Notes: a model not told the origin generated them from the letters alone. DNA of 64,000 nt from Candidatus Calditenuis fumarioli (GCA_030059665.1 JANVYR010000001.1:96001-160000), one strand, 5' to 3'. Shown: positions 37,318 to 47,275, counted from the first letter of the stretch. A program made the numbers and translations.

Positions 37318-37946
37318 CCCCTCATCGCCTCGAGGGCACCGAAGAGGATGAGGAGGAGTGAGAGGAGCTGGACCGCGTGGCCGGCGAAGTACAGGATGAA
37401 GTTGAGCGGCGTGAGCGCGAAGAGGAGGTGGCTCGCGAGCAGCGCCCAGAACCCTAATGCGACGCTCCCGGAGCCCTTGGAATTGGTCCTCTTCCAGTTG
37501 CCGGTGGACGCGGCGACCACGTAGGCCAGCAGGACCACCGACATCAGCTCGAAGGCCGGGTTGTAGATGAGCAGGACCGGAGGTGGAACAACCGCCAGCT
37601 CCGTTGGCGCCCTCGGAGCCTGATAGAGGACGTATGCGAGCACGAAGAGGAGATAGGCAGTGAGCCTGACGAAGGAGTACAGAAGCTCCACCTGGAAGAG
37701 GTACGGCATAAGGGTCCTGCTGAGGTCCCGGCCGAAGAACCCGAACAGGGATGCGCCGACGATCAGGGCCCTGACGAGCATCGCACCGCCCATCAGCCCG
37801 AACCCCGCGCTGAGCATGGCGAAGACCCTGGAGCCGAGGTTCAGGTGAGCTCGTAGGAAGCTGAGGGAGATGAAGGCGCAGATCGCGAAGCTGATGAGCT
37901 CAAGCACCACGTCTATCCTGATAACGCTGAAAAGGATCCCGATCAT
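37314..37946 (-). CDS. Polytopic (about 7 TM) membrane protein, sensor-like
   Basis: Regular hydrophobic helices; 4-bp overlap with the wHTH gene. Confidence 0.7.
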   Translation of the reverse strand: MIGILFSVIRIDVVLELISFAICAFISLSFLRAHLNLGSRVFAMLSAGFGLMGGAMLVRALIVGASLFGFFGRDLSRTLMPYLFQVELLYSFVRLTAYLLFVLAYVLYQAPRAPTELAVVPPPVLLIYNPAFELMSVVLLAYVVAASTGNWKRTNSKGSGSVALGFWALLASHLLFALTPLNFILYFAGHAVQLLSLLLILFGALEAMRG

Positions 37947-38000
37947 CGGGTCGCAGGAGCACGGGTCGTTATAATGGTTTGACGTCTGCGCTGAGCGTTA

Positions 38001-38017
38001 GGAAAAAAGGAAAAAAA
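38001..38017 (-). terminator. Oligo-T terminator
   Basis: TTTTTTTCCTTTTTTCC on the minus strand, about 25 nt after the stop of 38044..38553. Confidence 0.6.
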
Positions 38018-38043
38018 CGGTTTGCGGGGTTGTACCTGTGGTT

Positions 38044-38553
38044 TCAGGCGGTCGTCTGCTGCTGTGTGGATGGTGTCGACGGTGGCACGCGAGCCCCTCC
38101 CCAAGACGATGCGACCAGGCCGGTGTCGAGGTCCCTGATCTGCTGCACGATCACGGACGTCCTCGAGGACCCATTCGGCAGCGTAACCGTCACCCTCAGC
38201 GCGTCGACCTCGATCCTGTCGCCCTTGCGCAGCTTGCCGTCGAAGACGAGCTTGACGAGGCTCACGAACCGGTTCTCGACCACGAGGACGTTCGGTACCG
38301 AGAGCTTCACCTCGCCCTGCTGGGTGCTCAGGACCATCAGGCCCAGATCGAGGTCCGACAAAGTGCCGGTATACTGGACCTGCTCCTGGGTGACCGTCGC
38401 GTTCCTCCACCATCCTCCCCTTCCTCCGAATCCCCTGCCGCCGTGGACGAAGACCGTCTCGGCGTACCCAGCCATCGCCGGAAGTAGCGCTGCGATCATC
38501 AGCACTCCCACCGCGCCTAACGCAACTCCGACCAGCAGGCTCTTCCGGACCAT
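38044..38553 (-). CDS. Exported hypothetical protein (possible OB-fold)
   Basis: Signal/anchor helix, Gly-rich linker, beta-rich domain and low-complexity tail. Confidence 0.65.
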   Translation of the reverse strand: MVRKSLLVGVALGAVGVLMIAALLPAMAGYAETVFVHGGRGFGGRGGWWRNATVTQEQVQYTGTLSDLDLGLMVLSTQQGEVKLSVPNVLVVENRFVSLVKLVFDGKLRKGDRIEVDALRVTVTLPNGSSRTSVIVQQIRDLDTGLVASSWGGARVPPSTPSTQQQTTA

Positions 38554-38603
38554 CTCGTACCTCCGATGTCTGATCCTCGCTTAAAACGTGGTGAACGAAT
38601 CGT

Positions 38604-39200
38604 CTATGGACCCTTCCACCAGAAGCTGTCGATCGTGATCTGCTGCGCCACGGGACTCTCCAGCGCCGCCGCGATCGCATCCGCCAGCCTCCTGAGGTCG
38701 AGGCCGGCGAGCTCCTCGAGCCCCGATGTCTCCAGCGCCCTCAGCGCCCTCCTCAGAACTCTCCTGTAACCCGTCTCGTCGCCCCGCTGGAGCTTGACGT
38801 GGGCCGCCGCGAAGAGGATCAGGCCGTTCAGCGCTGCCTTCTCCCTCCCCTGGGCAGTCCTCCAGACGCCCTCCAGCACCTCGTGGGCCTCCCAGTACCT
38901 GTTCTGACCGATCAGCTCGACTGCCTCCCTCACAGCCTCGGCGATCGACCCTGCAGATTTCTCGCCGACCTGTACCGCGTACTCCACCTCCGAGAGCGTC
39001 GAGAGGCGCCTCCGGACCGCCTCCACGTCAACCGCCATCAGGTCCACCTCGAGCCTCCTCGGGCCGATCCTGACGTCTATCACCTGCTCGGAGATCCCCC
39101 TCAGGAGCTCCCTGACCTCCTTCAGGAGCTCGTTGTGCTGGGATGGATCGACGCCCCAGTTCCTGAGGGCGACGATGAACCTGCGCGCGGGAGAGGCCAT
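38604..39200 (-). CDS. DUF309 family protein with an extra N-terminal domain
   Basis: RYWEAHEVLEGVW and GLI..AAA.VK. Confidence 0.82.
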   Translation of the reverse strand: MASPARRFIVALRNWGVDPSQHNELLKEVRELLRGISEQVIDVRIGPRRLEVDLMAVDVEAVRRRLSTLSEVEYAVQVGEKSAGSIAEAVREAVELIGQNRYWEAHEVLEGVWRTAQGREKAALNGLILFAAAHVKLQRGDETGYRRVLRRALRALETSGLEELAGLDLRRLADAIAAALESPVAQQITIDSFWWKGP

Positions 39201-39225
39201 CGCCAGGGAGAGCGCTTGAAACCGC

Positions 39226-39777
39226 TCAGGGCTCGAAGGGCTGGAGGACCTGGCCCACGGGCTTGACGCCCCTCCTGAGAAGCCGCTTCACCACCCTCCT
39301 CCGCAGCGGGTCCGGTATCCTCAGCTGCCTGTCGTTGTAGACGGAGGGATGGTACGGGTCTATTGCGATCACCTCGAACCAGTAGTACATGCTGTCGTAC
39401 GTCAGAGGATAGCCGCCGATGACGTGGAGGTTCGGGTGCTCCTTCCTGACCCTGTTGATGGCCTCCTCCAGCATGGTGACGTTGACCTTGTGCTTCACGA
39501 CTCCGAGCGCCTTCGGCCTCCTGCCCGAGTCGGGCCTCGGCTTTGCGAACCCTCCCCTCCTCACCCTAACCCTGAAGACGACGAAGCCCTGCTTCGCCCT
39601 GTAGCCTATCTGCCTGGCCCTGTCCAGCCGGAGCGGCTTCTCGACCCTGACGACCGCGGGCTCCCGCCGCCACCTGATCCTCCTCTCCCTCAGCAGCTTG
39701 ATCAGCTCATCGGGCTTCTCGCGCCAAAGCTGGTTGAGCCTCGCGTATGCTCCGGGCATCTCCTTTTCCCGTCTCAC
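39226..39777 (-). CDS. rpl15e: 50S ribosomal protein eL15
   Basis: RLDRARQIGYRAKQGFVV.RVRVRRGG, YYWFEVI.IDP.HP. Confidence 0.96.
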   Translation of the reverse strand: MRREKEMPGAYARLNQLWREKPDELIKLLRERRIRWRREPAVVRVEKPLRLDRARQIGYRAKQGFVVFRVRVRRGGFAKPRPDSGRRPKALGVVKHKVNVTMLEEAINRVRKEHPNLHVIGGYPLTYDSMYYWFEVIAIDPYHPSVYNDRQLRIPDPLRRRVVKRLLRRGVKPVGQVLQPFEP

Positions 39778-39804
39778 CGCTCAGAACCGCCTAAAGAACG
39801 TCCC

Positions 39805-41520
39805 TCACAGCAGCAGGGGAATCAGCGCGGATAGGGCCATCAGCAGCAGGTAGATCGCGATCGACCTCCTCATCAGGGCCGCGAACTTCTCCATCGCCCG
39901 CTCCCCGAGGACCGGAACCTCCCTGTGTTTCACCTCGACCACCGAGACCTCGGCACGCTCCAGCCCCGCGAGTGCGGCCGCGGACAGCTGCCGGAAGACC
40001 TCGGCCACCTCCTTCGCGCTCACCCCCTCGCCGACCGGCCTGTAACCACGGCCTCCGAGCCTGACGCCGTTGACCGCGTGCGTGTCGGTCGTCAGCAGCT
40101 CCGCGAAGTCCCATCCGTCCCCCTTCAGGACGCCGAGGACCTCATCCCTGACGTGGGGGAGGGCGTTGTTCCCGTCGACCACGGCCAGAGCCATCTTCTT
40201 GCCGCCGACCTCGATTCCTAGCAGCGCGAGCCCTGATGGGCCGATGCCGTCGTGGGGGCCGTACTCCTCCGGGATCTTCCTGACCAGTGCCACCCTCACG
40301 GGCCCCTTCACCCTCTCGGATCCGAGCAGCTCGCCGATCGCCCTAGCAATCCTCCGCAGCTCGCCCTCTCCGAGGCCGTCGTAGCCGTCGTGGTACGAGT
40401 TGTGTGGGTCGATCACCCTGATTCTACCCTGCGGGAAGAGGCGCTCCAGCTCCGGAGGTATGTCCTCCATCGGCTCCGGGTTCAGCGTCGGCACCACGAG
40501 GGTCAGGCCGTCGGCCTCCAGACCCATCACCTTGACGCCCTCCACCTCCCGCTGCGGCAAAAGGGAGAGCGTAGCCGACCTAACGCCTGCTGGCACTTCG
40601 CTCAGGGCCTCAGCCACCTCGACCGCCACCCTCCGCACCTCGCTGCCGTCGAAGAGGTCCGCTCCATGACCCGAGCAGCCCTTCACGACGAGGCCGTCGA
40701 CGCCGCGCCGAGACAGCTCCAGCTCGATCAGGTAGTTCATCATCGAGCTCCCGACGTTCCTGAAAGGTCCGAAGTGGAAGCCCGTCACCAGGAGAGCGAC
40801 CCTCCTTCCGGAGGCGCAGTCGAAGAGGAGCGCTGTGGTGGTGAACTCTTTCCGCTCCATGAGGGGCCTCAGCTCCCGCTCGAGCGATTCGGCCCGTCCT
40901 CCGAGGATCACGCCGACGAACCCCGCCGCGAGCCTGATCGGCGATAGCCCCTCCGGTCCCAGCGAGAGCAGGATCACCGAGAGCGCGGAGAGCGAGAGAC
41001 CCCAGAGGATCGACGCGATGACGGGCAGGGCAAGCTCCTCCCGCACGAGTCCCAGAGGGGCCCTCACCAGTGACCCTGTGACGCCAGCCACGACCCCCTT
41101 CCACCTCCTGGAGTCGAAGGTCGCAAGGACCGTGGTCCTCACGTAGGCCGCGAGCGAGAGCGATGCGAGGAGGGCACCGTAGGCGATTCGTGGTGTGCCC
41201 AGCACGAGTGCTGCCAGCGCGCCGATCACCGAGCCAGCGAGAATGAAGTAGTTCTCGAGCAGTGTCATCATGTTCAGCCTCCTGACGGTGGCCACGTCCG
41301 AGCCGCGGAAAGCCGTCACCGAAGCGAGCAGGTTGAGCGCGATCGGCCCGATTCCCAGGGAGAGGACCCAGAGGAGGGCCTGCTGTGGAGGGAGACTGCC
41401 CTGACCGAGCACGGCGCCAACCAGCGCAGCCGTCAGCAGGATCAGGACCGGTGCGAGGCGCGAGCCGGGAGGCCTGAAGAGGTACCTGTACTTGGCTGCG
41501 ATCCGAGAGGTGGCATCCAA
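39805..41520 (-). CDS. DUF2070 family membrane protein
   Basis: N-terminal TMs; HFGPFR, DPHNS, DGNN, TTDTH motifs. Confidence 0.82.
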   Translation of the reverse strand: MDATSRIAAKYRYLFRPPGSRLAPVLILLTAALVGAVLGQGSLPPQQALLWVLSLGIGPIALNLLASVTAFRGSDVATVRRLNMMTLLENYFILAGSVIGALAALVLGTPRIAYGALLASLSLAAYVRTTVLATFDSRRWKGVVAGVTGSLVRAPLGLVREELALPVIASILWGLSLSALSVILLSLGPEGLSPIRLAAGFVGVILGGRAESLERELRPLMERKEFTTTALLFDCASGRRVALLVTGFHFGPFRNVGSSMMNYLIELELSRRGVDGLVVKGCSGHGADLFDGSEVRRVAVEVAEALSEVPAGVRSATLSLLPQREVEGVKVMGLEADGLTLVVPTLNPEPMEDIPPELERLFPQGRIRVIDPHNSYHDGYDGLGEGELRRIARAIGELLGSERVKGPVRVALVRKIPEEYGPHDGIGPSGLALLGIEVGGKKMALAVVDGNNALPHVRDEVLGVLKGDGWDFAELLTTDTHAVNGVRLGGRGYRPVGEGVSAKEVAEVFRQLSAAALAGLERAEVSVVEVKHREVPVLGERAMEKFAALMRRSIAIYLLLMALSALIPLLL

Positions 41521-41625
41521 CCCGATGTGCCACCGGCAGGTCCGATAATAACTGCATCTTGAGGGGAAGAGCAGAGGAACCTTTGGCGTAAGGCGATCGG
41601 ATGCGAAACCGCTCCGCAGCTGCCT

Positions 41626-43344
41626 TCAGGCCCGCAGCTCGTAAACTGGCTTCGGAGACCACCCGGGTGGAAGGATGATCTCCTCGACGGAGCGTCCCGG
41701 CGGTACCATCGGGAAGACCTTCTCGTCCCTGCTGACGGGTACGTCCAGCACGACAGCCTGGTCGTTCCGGACGGCCCTCCTGACGTGGGACCTGAGCTCC
41801 TCGTAGCTTTGGACGAAGTGCCCCTCGACCCCGAAGGCCTCCGATAGCCTGACCAGGTTCGTGATGTCGGAGAAGTCAACGTCCTTGAACCTCTTGCGGT
41901 AGAAGAGGTCCTGCCACTGCCTGACCATCCCCAGCGACCTGTTGTCGAGTATCACGGTTATGACCGGAAGGTCGTACTCGGCCACGTTGCTGAGCGTCTG
42001 GCAGGTCATCAGGAAGCTCCCGTCGCCGTCGATGTTCAGGACGGTCCTGTTGGGAGCGGCCACCTTCGCACCGAAGGCCGCAGGGAGCCCGAAGCCCATG
42101 GTCCCGAGGCCCCAGCTGCTGATGAAGGTCCCAGGCTCGAGGACGCGGTAGAAGAGCTGCGCCCACATCTGGTGCTGGCCGACGCCGGTGGTGACGATGG
42201 CTGACCTCGGCATCTCCTCCCTCAGCACCTTGACCACCTTCGCCGAGGAGAGGGTGCCCTCGTCGTTCTGGGAGAGCATGTACTCGTCATACGCAGCACC
42301 TATCTCCTTCAGACGCGATATCCAAAGAGGGTCAACCTCAGCCCTGCCCGGCCTGAGCGATCTAAGGATCGACCTGAGGACCTGCTTCGCGTCGCCGCAG
42401 AGGAAGACGTCAGGTTTCACGGCCTTCGCGTTCTCGGATGGATCGACGTCGATGTGGATGACCCTTCGCTTGCTGGAGAACTCCGCCGGCGGCCCTATGG
42501 CCCTGTCCGAGAGCCTCGTGCCGACGCAGATGGCGAGGTCCGACTCGACCAACGCGAGGTTCGCCTCGACCCTTCCGTGCATGCCCACGACGCCGAGCAC
42601 GTTCGGGTGGTCCTCTGGGACGCAGTTCTTCCCTGGAGACGTTGTGACGATTGGGGCCTGGAGCTTCTCCGAGAGTTCCAGGACCTCCGAGGTCGCGTCG
42701 CTGAAGTGAACGCCCCCGCCGACCAGGATGATCGGCTTCCTCGCTGACGACATCAGCTCGACGGCCCTCTCGATGGCTTCGGGATCCGGTACCGGAGTCG
42801 GAAGGACGAAGCCCTCTTCGGGCTCAGGGAGGCCCTCCCATTCGCCGACATCGGCCTGGAAGACGTCGCGGGGGACGTCGATGAGCGTCGGTCCGGGCCT
42901 GAGGGAGATCGAGCAGCGGTATGCGTTCACGAACTCCCGGTGAAGCCTGCTCGGGTCCAGAACCGTGGTGGCGTACTTCACGTGGGCCGTCACCAGACCC
43001 ACTATGTCGGCCTCCTGGAAGGCATCGGTGCCCATGAAAGAGCGGACAACCTGGCCGGTTATCGCCACGAGGGGCGAGCTGTCCATGGCCGCGTTGACGA
43101 TCCCCGTGATGAGGTTCGTCGCCCCGGGTCCGGAGGTCGCCGTCACGACTCCAGGCCTTCTCTTCACCCTGGCGTAGCCCTCTGCTGCGTGGGCAGCCTG
43201 CTGCTCGTGCTTCATCAGGAAGGACCTGATCTCCGAGTCGACCAGCGCGTCGTAGAGCGGCAGGTTGGCGCCACCGGGGATGCCGAAGACGGTGTCGACG
43301 CCGAGCCCCTCCATGGTCCTGACCAGCTTACGCGCGGCGTCCAT
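41626..43344 (-). CDS. ilvB: Acetolactate synthase large subunit
   Basis: FGIPGG, HEQ, TSGPGATN, FQEAD, GVGQHQMW, GDGSF...N ThDP motif. Confidence 0.95.
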   Translation of the reverse strand: MDAARKLVRTMEGLGVDTVFGIPGGANLPLYDALVDSEIRSFLMKHEQQAAHAAEGYARVKRRPGVVTATSGPGATNLITGIVNAAMDSSPLVAITGQVVRSFMGTDAFQEADIVGLVTAHVKYATTVLDPSRLHREFVNAYRCSISLRPGPTLIDVPRDVFQADVGEWEGLPEPEEGFVLPTPVPDPEAIERAVELMSSARKPIILVGGGVHFSDATSEVLELSEKLQAPIVTTSPGKNCVPEDHPNVLGVVGMHGRVEANLALVESDLAICVGTRLSDRAIGPPAEFSSKRRVIHIDVDPSENAKAVKPDVFLCGDAKQVLRSILRSLRPGRAEVDPLWISRLKEIGAAYDEYMLSQNDEGTLSSAKVVKVLREEMPRSAIVTTGVGQHQMWAQLFYRVLEPGTFISSWGLGTMGFGLPAAFGAKVAAPNRTVLNIDGDGSFLMTCQTLSNVAEYDLPVITVILDNRSLGMVRQWQDLFYRKRFKDVDFSDITNLVRLSEAFGVEGHFVQSYEELRSHVRRAVRNDQAVVLDVPVSRDEKVFPMVPPGRSVEEIILPPGWSPKPVYELRA

Positions 43345-43345
43345 C

Positions 43346-44872
43346 TCAGCCCCTCGCCTCCACCGACAGGGCCTGCGAGACCGCTCCCGCCACGGCCATG
43401 GCCACCGCCAGCCCCGGGTCGTGGGCTAGGCCCCTTCCCGTGAGGGTTTTGGAGTTGACAACGACCACGACCTCCGCCTCAGCGGGGTACCTGTCCGGGT
43501 CCGGCGGGACGTACAACGCCAAGTCCTCCAGGCGCACGTCGCCAACAAGCGCGCTGACCGCTCTCCTCATCGCATCGATCGAGGCGGAAACGGTCGACCT
43601 TCCGATTCCCCTGGACTCCATCCGCTCGCCCCTGACGTTGAGGACGAGGCTGCAGGCGAAGGTCTCGCCGTCCTTCGCGTACGAGATCGACTCGACGGAT
43701 ATCGATGGCTTCGAACCGTCCAATACGCCTATCACGTCCCTCAGCAGCAGCTCCTCCGTCACCCGCATCCCCATATCGCCCAGCTCCTTCACCCTCTCCA
43801 GCACGCGCCTCGTCTCCTCGTGGCTGAGGTTGAAACCGTGCTGCTTCAGGACCTCAAGCACCGCATGCGTCCCCGAGTGCTTCCCCAGCACTATCCTCCT
43901 CCTCTTACCGACGACCTCTGGCATGACCGGTTCGTACGTCGCAGGGTTGTTGATCACGCCGTGGACGTGGATACCGCTCTCGTGCGAGAAGGCGTTGTCA
44001 CCCACCACGGCCTTGTTCTTCTGGACGACCATCCCCGTCAGCCGGGAGACGAGCCGCGAGACGCTCGCCAGCTTCTCGAGCCTTATGCCTGTCTTTACGC
44101 CGTACAGCGTCTCCAGCGCCAGCACCACCTCCTCGAGGCTCGTGTTGCCAGCCCTCTCGCCGATGCCGTTCACGGTGACGTGGACGATCTCCGCTCCGCC
44201 CTCGACGCCGGCCAGCGTGTTGGCAGTTGCGAGCCCCATGTCGTCGTGGCAGTGAACGGCCACCGGAAGTCCCGTGACGCCCTTCACCTCCCTCACCAGC
44301 TCCTTCATCACCTCCGGTATCGCGACGCCCACCGTGTCCGGGATGTCGACGCTGTCCGCCCCCGCCTCTGCCGCTCCCCTGTACACCTTCAGGAGGAACT
44401 TCCTTTCGGACCTCGTGGCGTCCTCGCAGGAGAAGTGGACCGTCACGCCCCTCGACTTGGCGTACTCGACCATCTCGACGGCCCTGCTGTAGACCTCATC
44501 CGGCGTCATCCGGAGCTTGTACTTCATGTGGAGCTCCGAGGTGGCTATGAAGACGTGGACCCAGTCGACCCCAGCGTCGACGGCCCTGTCGATGTCTCCC
44601 TTCTCGCACCTGCTCAGCGCGCAGATTTTCGACGGGAGCCCGAGCCTAGCGATGGACCTGACGGCCTCCATCTCGCCCCTCGAGACCGCCGGATATCCGG
44701 CCTCGATCACCGCTACGCCGAGATCCGCCAGCGCCTCCGCTATCCTCAGCTTCTCCTCCACCCTCAGCGCCACACCGGGACTCTGCTCGCCGTCGCGCAG
44801 CGTCGTGTCGAAGACCTGGACCCTCTCCGGCAGCGATGGATTCCGTCCCAGAACGAACTCTCTCCAGACCAT
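43346..44872 (-). CDS. leuA: 2-isopropylmalate synthase (or citramalate synthase) with regulatory domain
   Basis: DTTLRDGEQ, HCHDD.G, NGIGERAGN, HESGIH; SD GAGGTGA precedes ATG 44872. Confidence 0.85.
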   Translation of the reverse strand: MVWREFVLGRNPSLPERVQVFDTTLRDGEQSPGVALRVEEKLRIAEALADLGVAVIEAGYPAVSRGEMEAVRSIARLGLPSKICALSRCEKGDIDRAVDAGVDWVHVFIATSELHMKYKLRMTPDEVYSRAVEMVEYAKSRGVTVHFSCEDATRSERKFLLKVYRGAAEAGADSVDIPDTVGVAIPEVMKELVREVKGVTGLPVAVHCHDDMGLATANTLAGVEGGAEIVHVTVNGIGERAGNTSLEEVVLALETLYGVKTGIRLEKLASVSRLVSRLTGMVVQKNKAVVGDNAFSHESGIHVHGVINNPATYEPVMPEVVGKRRRIVLGKHSGTHAVLEVLKQHGFNLSHEETRRVLERVKELGDMGMRVTEELLLRDVIGVLDGSKPSISVESISYAKDGETFACSLVLNVRGERMESRGIGRSTVSASIDAMRRAVSALVGDVRLEDLALYVPPDPDRYPAEAEVVVVVNSKTLTGRGLAHDPGLAVAMAVAGAVSQALSVEARG

Positions 44873-44882
44873 CTCGATCACC

Positions 44883-44951
44883 TCAGAGGAGGAGCAGCGG
44901 GGAGGGCGCCTCGATCACGCTACTCGTCGCGCACCCCAGGAACGAGCTCAT
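44883..44951 (-). CDS. Putative leucine leader peptide MSSFLGCATSSVIEAPSPLLLL
   Basis: 22-codon uORF ending CTG CTC CTC CTC TGA; the stop overlaps the leuA SD. Alternative GTG start at 44918. Confidence 0.55.
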   Translation of the reverse strand: MSSFLGCATSSVIEAPSPLLLL

Positions 44952-45207
44952 TCGGGACCAAGCAATACAGCCCCACCCGCTTGCTCCAACGTCAGAAACC
45001 GGCCTGATTTAAACCTACGCTTAGGAGCGTGCCGGTCCTATCCCAGAGGGGAACTTGTCCCGCAGCGCTCCACGAACAAACTGCGAACGACCTGCGAGGA
45101 TTCCCGGATCGATGGGGGTACAACGACACGGGCGATCGCGGCCTGTCGGCCTCGTGATTGCTCAGCTCTCTTTGCGTTTTTTACCGCGAAGGGAACCCCA
45201 TCACCGG

Positions 45208-47094
45208 ATGGAGGGCCCTGTGATACGGAGGCTGATCCGAGAGGCGAGCGAGGCCCTCGAGGCCGCCGGCCTGAAGGACCCGAAGGTGACGCTGACGAAG
45301 TCAGTGAAGTTCGGACTCCTCACGTCCACTTCGTCCTTCGAGGAGGCCCGCAGGACAGGCGTGGATCCCATGGAGAGGGCGAGGTCGGTCCTGGGGCAGC
45401 TCAGGCTTCCGGAGGGCTCGCTGCTCGAGAAGGTCGAGGCCGCACCTCCAGGTTACATCAACTTCCATCCCAGCTGGGGCGAGCTGGCCCGCGCGGTGGT
45501 GAGCGAGGTCCTCGCAGCTCCGGACGCTTACTTCAGGGTTGAGGACGGACCGAGGGAGGTCGTGGTCGAGCACACGAGCGTCAACCCCAACAAGGCGCTC
45601 CACATAGGCCACGCGAGGAACGTCTGCATCGGCGACACGATAGCCCGGGTGATGAGGAAGGCCGGTGCGAGGGTTCTGGTGATCAACTACGTCGACGACA
45701 GCGGCGTCCAGATGGCGGAGCTCCTCCTCGGCTTCCGGCTCCTCGGTTACCCGCTCGAGCCGAGGGAGGGGATGAGGTTCGACGAGTACTGCGGCGACGT
45801 CGTCTACGTCGAGGTCAACAGGAGGGCTGAGGCGGATCCGGAGGTCGAGAGGCAGAGGAGGGAGATAGCGAGGAGGATCGAGCAGAGGGGGACCGAAGAG
45901 TTCGAGCAGGCCAGGAGGGTGGCGCTGATGGTCCTCAGGGACCAGCTCAAGACGACCTCGAGGCTCGGTGCGACGTACGACCTGCTGGTCAGGGAGAGCG
46001 ACGTGGTGGTCACGGGCCTCTGGGCCGAGGCCTTCCGGAGGATGAAGGAGGCCGGACTGGTCAGGTTCGTTGAGGAGGGCCCCAAGAAGGGTTGCTGGGT
46101 CGTGGACCTCTCCGGACACCCGGTCCTCTCGAAGGAGGGAGACGAGGTCTTGGTCAAGAGCGACGGCGCAACCACCTACGTCGCGAGGGACATAGCGTTC
46201 GCGATGTGGAAGATGGGCGCGTCGGAGACGAGGCTCCTCTTCAGGCGCATCGAGCTCGACGGCCAGACCGTCACGATGTCCGACGTCGAGGGCGAGGACC
46301 TCGGGCCCTTCAGATCCGATCTGGTGGTGACGGTGGTGGACTCGAGGCAGAGGAGGCCGCAGGAGGTGGTCAGGTACGCGCTGGAGAGGATGGGCGTCAA
46401 GGGCAGGTACGTCCACTACTCGTACGAGCCGGTTGCCCTCAGCAGGAGGTCGGCGGAGCTCCTGGGAGTGAAAGCCGAGGGCGAGGTGGTCCACATGAGC
46501 GGCCGGAGGGGACTGTACTTCAAGGCGGAGGAGGTGTTAGACAAGCTGAAGGAGGTCGCGGCCCGCGAGACAAGGGCCAGGAGGCCCGATTGGAGCGAGG
46601 AGAAGGTGAGGGAGGTGGCCGAGGCGCTCGCGGTGGGAGCGTTCAGGTACGGCATGCTGCGGATCGAGAGCGACCGTCAGATCGTCTTCGATCTGGAGGA
46701 GTCGCTCCGCCTCGAGGGAGACACCGGACCATACCTCCAGTACTCGGTCGTGAGGGCGAGGAAGATCCTGCAGAAGGCCAGGGAAGCGGGAATCGGACAG
46801 ATCGCCCCCGATCGCTCACCACCGGCCGAGCTGAGCGAGCACGAGCTGCAGCTGGTCAGGGAGCTCGCGGTGACGCCGCTGGTGATGGAGGAGGTGGTCA
46901 GGACGCTCTACATCAGGTCGCTCGTGACCCACGCGAGGAACCTCGCCATGCGCTTCAACGAGTTCTACGAGCGGTGCCCGGTCATCGGCAGCGGCGAGTG
47001 GGAGGGTTTCAGGCTCTCGCTGGTCGGCGCTTACGATCGGATCGAGTCGAGGCTGCTGGAGCTCCTCGGCATACCGGTGCTCGACGAGATCTGA
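45208..47094 (+). CDS. argS: Arginyl-tRNA synthetase
   Basis: PPGYINF, EHTSVNPNKALHIGHARN (HIGH), GDTGPYLQY, FNEFY. Confidence 0.95.
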   Translation: MEGPVIRRLIREASEALEAAGLKDPKVTLTKSVKFGLLTSTSSFEEARRTGVDPMERARSVLGQLRLPEGSLLEKVEAAPPGYINFHPSWGELARAVVSEVLAAPDAYFRVEDGPREVVVEHTSVNPNKALHIGHARNVCIGDTIARVMRKAGARVLVINYVDDSGVQMAELLLGFRLLGYPLEPREGMRFDEYCGDVVYVEVNRRAEADPEVERQRREIARRIEQRGTEEFEQARRVALMVLRDQLKTTSRLGATYDLLVRESDVVVTGLWAEAFRRMKEAGLVRFVEEGPKKGCWVVDLSGHPVLSKEGDEVLVKSDGATTYVARDIAFAMWKMGASETRLLFRRIELDGQTVTMSDVEGEDLGPFRSDLVVTVVDSRQRRPQEVVRYALERMGVKGRYVHYSYEPVALSRRSAELLGVKAEGEVVHMSGRRGLYFKAEEVLDKLKEVAARETRARRPDWSEEKVREVAEALAVGAFRYGMLRIESDRQIVFDLEESLRLEGDTGPYLQYSVVRARKILQKAREAGIGQIAPDRSPPAELSEHELQLVRELAVTPLVMEEVVRTLYIRSLVTHARNLAMRFNEFYERCPVIGSGEWEGFRLSLVGAYDRIESRLLELLGIPVLDEI

Positions 47095-47149
47095 GACCGG
47101 CGGAGGCCGCGTGCAAACCAAAATAGGACCGCAGAAGACGTCAGGGTGC

Positions 47150-47212
47150 GGATGAAGAGACCGACCTGCAACGACGGGTCTCCCGGATGAGATGCATGCC
47201 TCCTCTCTGACG
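47150..47212 (+). ncRNA. Candidate C/D-box guide sRNA
   Basis: C-like ATGAAGA (47152), 12-nt guide, D'-like ACGA, hairpin CGGG-TCT-CCCG, C'-like GATGAGA, 14-nt guide, D box CTGA (47207); intergenic and about 60 nt. Confidence 0.55.
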
Positions 47213-47275
47213 ACGCGTTGGCCAGTAGCTCCCGATCCTCCGCAGTCGAGGTTCCGGCTTTTGGGGTTCCGCGCG

